Origin: Arenicellales bacterium
Lineage (GTDB): Bacteria > Pseudomonadota > Gammaproteobacteria > Arenicellales > JAJDZL01
DNA: 64,000 bases
Direction of reading: 5' to 3'
NCBI GenBank assembly: GCA_965202855.1
Contig: CBDBBP010000003.1
Coordinates: 400,941 to 464,940 of the forward strand
The notes under the pieces were generated by a model that did not search any database, was not told the DNA's origin, and was given only the letters and a program-made list of their open reading frames with translations. Both the position numbers and the translations under genes were made by a program. This document shows positions 41,674-50,780 of this stretch, piece after piece. Positions within the stretch are counted from its first letter, which is position 1, and each line of letters begins with the position of its first letter.

Positions 41674-42992
41674 ATCCTGAAGCTGGCTAAATCGTCATAG
41701 TTGGAATTCCCATTATTATTATTGGCAGGGATTTCGGCAGTGTCACTTGGATTTTCCTTCTCAACTGAAATTCCATCGATTAGATCGGTCCAATGCATAT
41801 CAGGGTATTGTTCGAGTACCGCCAGAAAATCGAGAAAAGCTTTTATCGTATTCCTCGGTGTCCTGAAATACGCATCACCTATTTTTTTGCCACAATGTTC
41901 TAAAAATGCCTTTAATACATCATCTTGAACAAGATATTTGGACGCATCGCCTCCCGCGAATACATGACGTAAATTTTTCAATAGGATGAACATTTCTGCA
42001 GGAGTCAAGCTGGCTAGATGCAATGTGGGGGATGAATAATCTATTACTTTAGCTTTTCGTGCGAATGTGTTTTCCGCCAGGCGGGACTCTAAGGCCTCAT
42101 AACTAAATAAACCTTTCCTAGGATCTATCAGAAACTCTGGAGTGCCTCCCAACACAAAGCCAATATGCTCCGCAGGTCCTTGAAGACAATCATTCAGAAT
42201 TCGCAGTATTTGCTCGTAATTTGAAGTTCGTGCTTGGGTATGGCGTAATTTATAGAGATTGACCATTTCATCCAAGTTAATCAGCAACCCTTTGTACCCG
42301 GCCTGACGTACAAACAGACTCATTAGTTTTAAAGCGTCGTAGAATAAACCGTCAGAAATAATGGTTCTTACTCCAAGGTCTTTTCTCGCCTCAGTTTTAG
42401 TAGTGTATTCAGCACGCAGCCAACGAATGGAATTTGATTTTAATTCCTCGTCGCCAGTTTCATATCCTAGCCAGTAGGAATTGACTACATGCGCGAAATC
42501 ATAACCGCTTACCATTTCTCGTAGAGAAGCTAATTTTTTATGAATAAGACTCGAAACCTGTGCCTGATTCTGATCGGCCTCATCACGTGCAAGGGTGATG
42601 AAACGCTCCACTACACTAGGCAGCGCATTACCATCGGGTTTACTGAGCGTGGATAGGTTTCGCATCAATTCGGCGTATAAATTGCGAGCTTGCCCCGACG
42701 TGGAATGAATTCGTCGGACCGGAGACAGATCGGCATTCACCGTAACAAGTTTCTTCTTCAGTGCAATTGAGCGGATGACGCTCATAAAGAAAGTCTTGCC
42801 TGATCCGTAGTCACCAATGATCAACCTGAAAGAGGCACCGCCGTCGATGATTCTTTCAATATCCTTGTAGAGTGCTTTGATTTCATTGACTCGGCCAACT
42901 TGAACATGCTGAATACCGATATTTGGCGTAACCCCTGCCTTCAATGACTGAATTATTGCTTCTTTCTCTCTTAATCGAATATTCCGTGCCAT
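41670..42992 (-). CDS. sngB: Shango SngB-like ATPase (DUF2791 / BrxD-like)
   Basis: 440 aa. N-terminal IIQSLKAGVTPNIGIQHVQVGR, Walker A GDYGSGKTFF and Walker B-like LLINLDEM. Only 5 nt separate it from the upstream gene. Confidence 0.75.
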   Translation of the reverse strand: MARNIRLREKEAIIQSLKAGVTPNIGIQHVQVGRVNEIKALYKDIERIIDGGASFRLIIGDYGSGKTFFMSVIRSIALKKKLVTVNADLSPVRRIHSTSGQARNLYAELMRNLSTLSKPDGNALPSVVERFITLARDEADQNQAQVSSLIHKKLASLREMVSGYDFAHVVNSYWLGYETGDEELKSNSIRWLRAEYTTKTEARKDLGVRTIISDGLFYDALKLMSLFVRQAGYKGLLINLDEMVNLYKLRHTQARTSNYEQILRILNDCLQGPAEHIGFVLGGTPEFLIDPRKGLFSYEALESRLAENTFARKAKVIDYSSPTLHLASLTPAEMFILLKNLRHVFAGGDASKYLVQDDVLKAFLEHCGKKIGDAYFRTPRNTIKAFLDFLAVLEQYPDMHWTDLIDGISVEKENPSDTAEIPANNNNGNSNYDDLASFRI

Positions 42993-42997
42993 TGCGT

Positions 42998-45319
42998 CTA
43001 GACTTCTAATTCTTCAACAATCTCTTGATCGATATATATCGCATCGGCCGCTTCTTCAATCACAGGTGCTTCAACTCTCTCAAACGACCATTCGTTAATA
43101 AATTCTATAGCTGCATTGCTCATTAGACCCAATTGATTACATAATGAATTAAATTCATCACGGGACCACTTGGATTCAGCAGCTAGCATTTTATATAGGG
43201 AGTAATGCTGCTCATCAAAACCATTGACTGTCTGGTCGCTTTCAGATTTTTCTGGTGCATCAGTTTCATCGAATCGTTCTTCGTCTGTGAATATGTCATC
43301 TAGAAATGATTGAACTTCTTTGGTCTGTAATTCGTGGGCAGCGATTGAATTATTGTCAAATTCGACATCTCCGGCGGAGCTGTTTTCCCCGGTGATTCGG
43401 CTGTGAATATCAAGGCTGACCCGCGATTTATCGAGACCTAGCAAGGGGTACAGTTTTTCTAATTCTCTGATCTTATTGGGGTCATGCCTAGAGTCTGCTA
43501 AAGCGACATCAATTAGAATTTCGCCAACAGCTGTTTTTTCGACAGCGTTCATTGTGTCTAGACTCGCTTTCAGCCCGATTCGATTGGCCGGAGTGTTTAG
43601 ACGCCAGACAAGATAGGATTGCAGTGACTGTTTTTCTACGGATGACAGATTCGAATTATCTTGAATAAGCTGACTTAACATTGCCAATTCCGGTTGATCT
43701 GCATGAGAATTAATGGTCGCGACCATTGCCCCGAGCCGCAAGGCAATTCCCATATTATTGAATGTTTTGGAAGGCTTGAATTTCTTCCCGTGTCCTCCGC
43801 GAAATAACACTAGCTTCCCATTTAAGCTTGGCTTCGCATAGTGATACCTTGTGTCTGGGACAACTCCAAATCCAGTTTTATCTGCAAGTTCTTGAATAAG
43901 TTCATACTCTTTTTTGTTGATCTTGTCCGGAAGAGGGGTATTTGTGAATTTCCAGTAGGCACTTACGTCAACTAAACCACTGTTTTTTGAAGCGCATTTT
44001 TCGGCCCAGTTTCTAAATTTGTCTAGACCGCGGGAGTCTGCTAGATCACTTAGTTCTTCAGGAAGCAACAAAAGTGCGGAAATATCAGTTGGAGAATTAT
44101 GTTGTCTTCCCAAGTGGCGACTGTACGCATCTAGCGCATTGTTGCATTGATCCGCAACAACGATCAATTTTTTAAGTGAATCCCGAAAGGTGTATGGGTG
44201 CGGAAGGTCTTCCAGAGGAATTTTAATTGCCCGCAAAGAAGGACTCGCAGGCTCGTATTGGATTTTCAATTGGATGTACTTTCGATTTATATCGGGCTCT
44301 AAAACAATTCCCTCTTTAAACTTCTTCCTATAAGAGCGGTAAAACAGCTGCTTAAATTCATCTGCACAGCGCAGAGCAGGTGTTTTAAATTTGTAGCCAG
44401 AATAGAGATTGAGCCATACCCATGCCAAATCTGAGGGAATCGGTTTCCCATCACTAATTGTTTTTGCAAGCTTGTATTTGACTAAATGTGAGTTCCGATC
44501 GAAATTTTTTTCCAAATTTTGGTGTGAGACTACGTTTGGACGTAGGATGCACATTATTTGCAGCAACTGATCTGAATGATTGCTGAATGAATGTGACTTC
44601 AGCAACTGATTTGAATCATTTTTGAATGAGTGCGGTTCGCCATATATCTGATTCAGTCGCAGCACCTCTTGAAAGATGCTCCTGAATTCTTTATTGCTTA
44701 GTTCACGCTCATAGAAATCTTCAACAAGCCGTCTTTCTAATCCGTAGAAATAAAGAAAAACATATCCAAGCCGCGTTTTGGGGTCATCTCGATTGCTCGC
44801 CAGCCAATTTAGGTAGGCGCCACGGCAATCTGCTGATATGGAATTGTATTTAATCTCATAACGGAGGCTGTCATCTTCGTAGCTGACTGGCCGATTCACG
44901 GTATTCAGCGAGTCGTCAATCAAAGCCGCGTCCGTCGAAAAATTTTTCAGAGCGGGCAGCCTAACGCCAAAATAAAAGTTTCCTTTTGTTATTTCATAGC
45001 CTCTTATGTTGATTCTCTCGTGCGATTTCAACCAAGCAGCTAGTGGTTCAGTCTCGCCAGCGAAGTCTTCAAATTCATCGTCATAAAATGTCGCGAATTC
45101 GTCATCGTCGTATTCGCCATAATTTGGAGCCACTTGGTAAGTTGAAGCAGACGGATTTTCACTATTAGGATTCGTCCTGCCAAAATTTTTGTGCTGTTCG
45201 TCTGAATTCAACTTTGAAGATTTAGTTTTCCGTACAAAAAAAATGACGTGCTTGATAATGACAAACAGCAAGACAAAAGGAAAAGTCAGCGAGTATAAAA
45301 CATAAATTAGAATTTTCAT
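42998..45319 (-). CDS. sngA: Shango SngA-like membrane-anchored TerB-N / TerB-C domain protein
   Basis: 773 aa. N-terminal TM helix (ILIYVLYSLTFPFVLLFVII). TerB-N-like core (INIRGYEITKGNFYFG ... AYLNWLASNRDDP ... YVFLYFYGLERR). TerB-C-like end (EQHYSLYKMLAAESKWSRDEFNSLCNQLGLMSNAAIEFINEW). Confidence 0.7.
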   Translation of the reverse strand: MKILIYVLYSLTFPFVLLFVIIKHVIFFVRKTKSSKLNSDEQHKNFGRTNPNSENPSASTYQVAPNYGEYDDDEFATFYDDEFEDFAGETEPLAAWLKSHERINIRGYEITKGNFYFGVRLPALKNFSTDAALIDDSLNTVNRPVSYEDDSLRYEIKYNSISADCRGAYLNWLASNRDDPKTRLGYVFLYFYGLERRLVEDFYERELSNKEFRSIFQEVLRLNQIYGEPHSFKNDSNQLLKSHSFSNHSDQLLQIMCILRPNVVSHQNLEKNFDRNSHLVKYKLAKTISDGKPIPSDLAWVWLNLYSGYKFKTPALRCADEFKQLFYRSYRKKFKEGIVLEPDINRKYIQLKIQYEPASPSLRAIKIPLEDLPHPYTFRDSLKKLIVVADQCNNALDAYSRHLGRQHNSPTDISALLLLPEELSDLADSRGLDKFRNWAEKCASKNSGLVDVSAYWKFTNTPLPDKINKKEYELIQELADKTGFGVVPDTRYHYAKPSLNGKLVLFRGGHGKKFKPSKTFNNMGIALRLGAMVATINSHADQPELAMLSQLIQDNSNLSSVEKQSLQSYLVWRLNTPANRIGLKASLDTMNAVEKTAVGEILIDVALADSRHDPNKIRELEKLYPLLGLDKSRVSLDIHSRITGENSSAGDVEFDNNSIAAHELQTKEVQSFLDDIFTDEERFDETDAPEKSESDQTVNGFDEQHYSLYKMLAAESKWSRDEFNSLCNQLGLMSNAAIEFINEWSFERVEAPVIEEAADAIYIDQEIVEELEV
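44561..44638. repeat. Two tandem 39-bp in-frame units inside sngA
   Basis: cagcaactgatctgaatgattgctgaatgaatgtga (from 44561) and cagcaactgatttgaatcatttttgaatgagtgcgg (from 44600). They encode HSFSNHSDQLLQI / HSFKNDSNQLLKS. Confidence 0.7.
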
Positions 45320-45942
45320 ATCCAGCTTTTATCCATACCCAAATCAAACTTCAGCAAACGATTCTGGATATTTTCTCACAACTTCAGCGAACCGTATGTA
45401 AACAGTCAATTATTGATGCCGTTCTTGATGATGTCTAAGATGGGTTAATACTGGCGAGACCTAAAATCTCGCCGGCAGCGACTGCGTAGTTTTGAGTAAC
45501 TGAATGAATTGTTTGATCCGAGCAGGTGAACCTGCAGACGTTAAGTCGGGGACGCCAATTTGACAGGCCGGCTGACCAGTGCAGTTTAGTGAGTGTATGG
45601 TCGGCGGCAGCCAAGTCTGTTTTTACTTTGCCGGCAGTGCTGCTGAAAGCTGATTCAATTTGACGATTTTTGAGCGTTTTGTTCGGCGATGGAACCGCAA
45701 TTTATATGTTCTCGCTACCACGGAACACTTTCCAGTCCAGAACTATAAATCTTGAATTTGTCGGAATCCTCAGTCCATCACTTGCTTGGACTGAATCGCT
45801 TGGTACTTTTCTGATTGACATCGAGCGTCTTGCAATCGCTTATGTGGCTTCCAATTGTGGTCTTGCCCGACCGAGACAGCGGACATCTGTCGGCTGGACT
45901 GCCGCAACCACAAATCTACAGAAAGCGATCACTTGGGTATGT

Positions 45943-46326
45943 TTATCCAATGATGCCGTTGGAACTTGACCGAATGCGCTCGAACAGTTCCTCGGCAGTT
46001 TCGCAATGAATGATCAAGTCTCCTATCCGGTCAAGGGCTTCGGTTGTCGTTTGTCGCAGCAAGGTCTCGGACAACTGTTCGCGCACTTCAATCCCATATT
46101 TCGACTCGACCATACGCAGCAACAGATCGCGTTTGCCCGTTTTCAAACCCTGAACCTGACCTTCCTCAATGCCCTGAACCCGGCCTTCCTCAATGCCCTG
46201 AACCCGGCCTTCCTCAATTCCTTGAACCCGACCTTGAGCCTGGTAATCAGCGGCCCATTTCTTCAAATTCTCTGCCAGCATCCCCATATCTTCTACTCCT
46301 TCTATCCGATCGAAATGCTTCATCAT
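45943..46326 (-). CDS. Free-standing copy of the Rpn C-terminal domain (partial duplicate; possible RpnS-like small protein or pseudogene)
   Basis: 127 aa. From RIEGVEDMGMLAEN onward it is nearly identical to the last ~125 aa of 46554..47666, but with three instead of five GRVQGIEE repeats. It has its own ATGATG start. Confidence 0.55.
   Translation of the reverse strand: MMKHFDRIEGVEDMGMLAENLKKWAADYQAQGRVQGIEEGRVQGIEEGRVQGIEEGQVQGLKTGKRDLLLRMVESKYGIEVREQLSETLLRQTTTEALDRIGDLIIHCETAEELFERIRSSSNGIIG
46147..46242. repeat. 24-bp in-frame tandem repeat, 3 units plus 1 degenerate
   Basis: Unit gccctgaacccggccttcctcaat, read directly. On the minus strand it encodes (E)GRVQGIE. Confidence 0.9.
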
Positions 46327-46553
46327 TTACTGATGTCTTCAGCCAATTCCCTAGATCGGCTATCAGTTCTCTGATTTCTGAAGGCATGATCACATGCTTG
46401 GACAAAACGATGAGTATATCTTTTGACTGACACTGTGCGTGTTCCGCTTTCGCTGATGTGGCTTCCAATTGGTCTTGCCCGACAAGACAGCGGACATCTG
46501 TCGGCTGGACTGCCGCAACCACAGATCTACAGAAAGCGATCTCTTGGGTACGT

Positions 46554-47666
46554 TTATCCAATGATGCCGTTAGAACTTGAACGAATGCGCTCGAACAGTT
46601 CCTCGGCAGTTTCGCAATGAATGATCAAGTCTCCTATCCGGTCAAGGGCTTCGGTTGTCGTTTGTCGCAGCAAGGTCTCGGACAACTGTTCGCGCACCTC
46701 AGGCCCATATTTCGACTCGACCAGCCGCAGCAACAAATCGCGTTTGCCTTTTTCCAAGCCCTGAACCTGACCTTCCTCAATGCCCTGAACCCGGCCTTCC
46801 TCAATGCCCTGAACCCGGCCTTCCTCAATGCCCTGAACCCGACCTTCCTCAATGCCCTGAACCCGACCTTCCTCAATGCCCTGAACTCGACCTTGAGCCT
46901 GGTAATCAGCGGCCCATTTCTTCATATTCTCTGCCAGCATACCCATATCTTCTACTCCTTCTATTCGATCACGCAGCTGATCAGCGACCGCCGCTTTCAG
47001 CCACTTCGCCAAATCCGCTTTCAGTTCTCTGTCTCCCGGCTTCTGATACCATTCGGTAAATTCTCTAAAGACTTGGAACCACTCTGCGTCGGAATCTGTG
47101 CACTCCAAACGTATCAACATGCCTAGCGGATGGTCTGAATGCAGCAGTGCGAGTTCCCTGTACGCTGAAAGTTCCATCAGAATGAATCGGCATTGACCAA
47201 TGTATTGGGTCTTTACTGAGCCAATGACCGAGAACAGTTCCTTCAGCTCCAGCGGTGCCTTCCACCGTCCAGAACCATTATAAATGACGATGGGGATGAC
47301 CGACGGCAACCTCCCATCGGTGGCCAGCCGTTTCTGCCGAACCAGCTGTTCCAGCAGCAAAGAACAGTAGGTGTTCATGCGCAAAGGCATGAATCTGTCC
47401 ACCTTCGACTGAAACTCCACGGCCAGGTACAAGGCAATGCCAGCCTCGGTGCCGTACGCCTTCCAGACCAGGTCCTGCCGGCGCTGCTGCTTGCTTTTGC
47501 TCACCTGTTCGGTGGCCATCAGCTGCAGGTCGTCCATGTTGACGTCATCCAGCTGCGGTGACAGAAACCGCACCACTGCGCGGATCATTTTGGGGTGGGA
47601 GAAAACGCGTTTCAGCGCGGAATCATAATCAAAGTTGGCGGCAGGCACGAAACCTCCTTGAGTCAA
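46554..47666 (-). CDS. Rpn family recombination-promoting nuclease / putative transposase (YhgA-like PD-(D/E)xK)
   Basis: 370 aa. N-terminal DYDSALKRVFSHPKMIRAVVRFL, core RRQDLVWKAY...LYLAVEFQSKVDRFMPLRMNTY, and a C-terminal helical domain containing GRVQGIEE x5. Confidence 0.8.
   Translation of the reverse strand: MTQGGFVPAANFDYDSALKRVFSHPKMIRAVVRFLSPQLDDVNMDDLQLMATEQVSKSKQQRRQDLVWKAYGTEAGIALYLAVEFQSKVDRFMPLRMNTYCSLLLEQLVRQKRLATDGRLPSVIPIVIYNGSGRWKAPLELKELFSVIGSVKTQYIGQCRFILMELSAYRELALLHSDHPLGMLIRLECTDSDAEWFQVFREFTEWYQKPGDRELKADLAKWLKAAVADQLRDRIEGVEDMGMLAENMKKWAADYQAQGRVQGIEEGRVQGIEEGRVQGIEEGRVQGIEEGRVQGIEEGQVQGLEKGKRDLLLRLVESKYGPEVREQLSETLLRQTTTEALDRIGDLIIHCETAEELFERIRSSSNGIIG
46758..46901. 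repeat. 24-bp in-frame tandem repeat, 5 units plus 1 degenerate
   Basis: Units start at 46758, 46782, 46806, 46830 and 46854, with a degenerate unit at 46878. The unit matches the one at 46147..46242. Confidence 0.9.
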
Positions 47667-48381
47667 GCGGTATAAGGTAACCGAGCAGCCCGACAGAATA
47701 CGTCGGACCCATCAAGCCGAAGCGGCGCTCAGCGGTGTTAAGACAGCGGCGCTTCAAAGACGACCCTGGCGTTTTCAAACAGCGCCCGCAAATCTGCTGA
47801 CTTGCGACGCCACATGCAAGGGGAAGCCCCGCGAAAAAACAGTGTACCCAAAACGACCGACGATGGCAAGTATTTTGGATTATTCCCCTCGGACGCTCAT
47901 TGTGGAAGATTCAAGAAGATGACTTCAAACCGCAAGATTCAGCTGCGAGCAGGCGCTCAGTAATCAAGAATTCACTGCCAGAACGTACCATTAGGCCACA
48001 GATTCTTGTGTCAGTCAGCGATACGAAGAGATACGACACACATTGGACGGTGCAATTTGGATCAAAATACCTTGGTAATTGTCGTTTGTGATTAAAACGA
48101 CTCCAGCATTTGGAACTAACAGAATCTGCTTATTCTTTTGACATTCGCGATGATGCAAGGCTGTGTCTGAATGTGGCTGACCGCGAAGTTTATTGCAAAT
48201 CCAATCCTTCCAGGTCTGAAATCAGTCAACTCAAGACCTCAGCGTACTGCGTACAATCTCGGCAGAACATTTCAAATTGTTTTTAAATTTTCTTCTATCG
48301 CATATTTTAGGTAGAAAATCGAAATTAGAACTGTAAAATAAACGACAATAGATTGAACTCGTAATCCAAAAGGAGGACACG

Positions 48382-49497
48382 GTGAAAATTTGTTCCAGAA
48401 TAAGGAAACTTCGAAATTATTGTGTATTTTTGGCAGTGTTGTTTGCTTTCAGCGGCGGCGTTTATGCTGAAGGGACGCTGAATGTCTACAACTGGGCAGA
48501 ATATATTGGGGAAGATACGATTGCGAATTTTGAAAAAGAATTCAATATTGACGTCACTTACGACAACTATGATTCCGTTGAAACTGTCGATGCCAAGTTA
48601 CTTGCTGGAAACAGTGGCTATGACGTTGTAAGCCATTCGAGCAGTGCAGCTGCACGCCTCATTCCGGCCGGAGTTATCGCCGAACTTGACACCTCTCGGC
48701 TTCCAAACCTTAAGAACATCAGCAGTGAAGTCATGAGTCAGGTTGCCAAAAATTGGGATCCGGAGAACAAGTACATCATACCGTATATGTGGGGCACCCA
48801 CGGTGTGACCTATAACGAGGAACTGGTGAGAGAAGTATTTCCAGATGCTCCAATCGGTTCAATGGACCTGATATTCAAGCCAGAAAATATGGAAAAATTA
48901 GCACAATGCGGAGTTGCCTTTTTAGATTCTCCCACTGACATCATACCGATGACGCTTGCATACTTAGGACTGGATCCCAGCTCAGGCAACAAAAAGGATT
49001 ACGACGCCGCAGCGGAACTTCTTGCATCCATACGTCCGCATATCAAAACGTTTGACAACTATGCCTATGCACGCATGCCAGAAAAAGAATTTTGTGTAGC
49101 GGTTACTTGGGGTCCAGACGCATCATTTGCAACAAGTGCTGCCGAAGAAGCCGGCACCGGTGTGGTTCTCGACTTTTTTCTCCCGTCTGGTGAAGGCAAG
49201 GCGAATATTTGGGTAGATGGCTGGATCGTACCTGCAGATGCGAAGAATATCGATAACGCGTATTTGTTCTTGGACTATATGATGCGGCCGGAAGTGGCGG
49301 CAGGGGATTCCAATCTTACTTGGTATGCCACCGCGAATGCGCCCGCGAAGGAACTTATTGATCCCGCAATTACCAGTGCTCCTTCAATTTTTCCATCCGC
49401 AGAATCGGTGGCAATGATGTATCCATTAAAAGTTCTTCCGCGTAAAGTTGAAAGAGTTCGCACACGAGTCTGGACCAATTTCAAAAGTGGTCAATAA
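48382..49497 (+). CDS. potF: Putrescine/polyamine ABC transporter periplasmic binding protein
   Basis: 371 aa. Strong Shine-Dalgarno aaaggagg before the GTG start, a signal peptide, LNVYNWAEYIGEDTI and PYMWGT as in PotF. Confidence 0.8.
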   Translation: MKICSRIRKLRNYCVFLAVLFAFSGGVYAEGTLNVYNWAEYIGEDTIANFEKEFNIDVTYDNYDSVETVDAKLLAGNSGYDVVSHSSSAAARLIPAGVIAELDTSRLPNLKNISSEVMSQVAKNWDPENKYIIPYMWGTHGVTYNEELVREVFPDAPIGSMDLIFKPENMEKLAQCGVAFLDSPTDIIPMTLAYLGLDPSSGNKKDYDAAAELLASIRPHIKTFDNYAYARMPEKEFCVAVTWGPDASFATSAAEEAGTGVVLDFFLPSGEGKANIWVDGWIVPADAKNIDNAYLFLDYMMRPEVAAGDSNLTWYATANAPAKELIDPAITSAPSIFPSAESVAMMYPLKVLPRKVERVRTRVWTNFKSGQ

Positions 49498-49582
49498 GTA
49501 TTGGCATGTGGTCGCTACGAAAAAAATTCGTTCACTAGAATGACTGTAATTGCGAATTGAAACAAAGAGATTGTAAAAAAAG

Positions 49583-50740
49583 ATGGCAAAACAGGACATC
49601 GATCAAATCTACGTAGACCAACCCTGGCTTGATCCAGAAGCTGAACCGTTTGTAAAAATCCGAGGTTTAACAAAAACTTTTGGTGTCATCACAGCGGTAT
49701 CTTCGGTTGATTTGGACATTTATGAAAGTGAATTGTTTTCTCTGTTGGGTGGTTCCGGTTGCGGCAAGTCAACTTTGCTGAGAATGTTGGCAGGATTTGA
49801 GACACCGACCGCCGGTTCTATGTTCATTGATGGAGTTGACATGGCTGACGTCCCGCCTTACGAACGTCCTGTCAACATGATGTTTCAATCCTACGCACTG
49901 TTTCCCCATATGACAGTCGAACAGAATGTAGCCTACGGGTTAAAACAAGATCGTATAGACAAAAACGAAATCAAAGAGCGCGTCGACAGCATGTTGGAGA
50001 TTGTCGAATTGCCGATGTTCGCAGCCCGCAAGCCACATCAGCTCTCTGGTGGGCAGCGTCAAAGAGTCGCACTGGCACGAGCGCTCGTCAAAAATCCAAA
50101 AGTTTTGCTACTTGATGAACCTCTGGCCGCTCTTGATAAGCGTTTACGAGAACAGACACAATTTGAATTGATGAACCTTCAAGAAAAATTGGGGATTACA
50201 TTCATCGTCGTGACGCACGACCAGGAAGAGGCAATGACTTTATCTACGAGAATTGCGGTGATGAATCAAGGGCAGTTCGTTCAAATTGGAACACCTACCG
50301 ACATTTACGAATATCCAGATTCAAGATTTGTCGCAAATTTCATTGGAAACGTGAATATGTTTGAGGGCCGAGTCATTGAAAATCACAGCGACTCAGTTCT
50401 CGTCAAGTCAGTAAATTCGGATATTTCGTTTTATATTGATCACAGTGTGGATGTACGAGAGAACCTCCGCGTGTGGATTGCTCTCAGACCTGAAAAAATA
50501 CTGGTTTCGGATACACCGCCGGCAAATGGCGCTCAGCACAATCTTGCCAAAGGTGTTGTGGATGATCTTGGTTATCTTGGCAGTTTCTCAACTTACAAAA
50601 TTCGACTGGATAACGGCCGAATCATCGAAATTGTCCACCCCAACCAATCTCGACCGCGCGACGGCAGACATTTGGTTGAGTGGGAAGATGACGTCTATTT
50701 GAGTTGGCAGCCCTCAAGTCCGGTTCTTTTGACAAAATAA
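49583..50740 (+). CDS. potG: Polyamine ABC transporter ATP-binding protein
   Basis: 385 aa. Walker A GGSGCGKST, LSGGQRQR, LLLDEPLAALD, and a PotG-like N-terminal extension. Confidence 0.85.
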   Translation: MAKQDIDQIYVDQPWLDPEAEPFVKIRGLTKTFGVITAVSSVDLDIYESELFSLLGGSGCGKSTLLRMLAGFETPTAGSMFIDGVDMADVPPYERPVNMMFQSYALFPHMTVEQNVAYGLKQDRIDKNEIKERVDSMLEIVELPMFAARKPHQLSGGQRQRVALARALVKNPKVLLLDEPLAALDKRLREQTQFELMNLQEKLGITFIVVTHDQEEAMTLSTRIAVMNQGQFVQIGTPTDIYEYPDSRFVANFIGNVNMFEGRVIENHSDSVLVKSVNSDISFYIDHSVDVRENLRVWIALRPEKILVSDTPPANGAQHNLAKGVVDDLGYLGSFSTYKIRLDNGRIIEIVHPNQSRPRDGRHLVEWEDDVYLSWQPSSPVLLTK

Positions 50741-50780
50741 GTGTGAATTGGATTAACGATTAGGATAGGAATTTACTGGT

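Larger units (their letters stand above)
45837..46970. repeat. Direct segmental duplication of the rpn 3' end plus downstream flank (45837-46311 versus 46451-46970)
   Basis: Near-identical strings atgtggcttccaatt..ggtcttgcccgac..gacagcggacatctgtcggctggactgccgcaaccaca and the whole 3' coding portion occur twice. The length difference is mainly two 24-bp units. Confidence 0.85.

Noticed and set aside
46147-46901. The 24-bp repeat arrays considered as a possible CRISPR array
   Set aside because: The units are directly abutting with no spacers. They stay in frame inside the Rpn ORFs, where they encode GRVQGIEE, and no cas genes are present.
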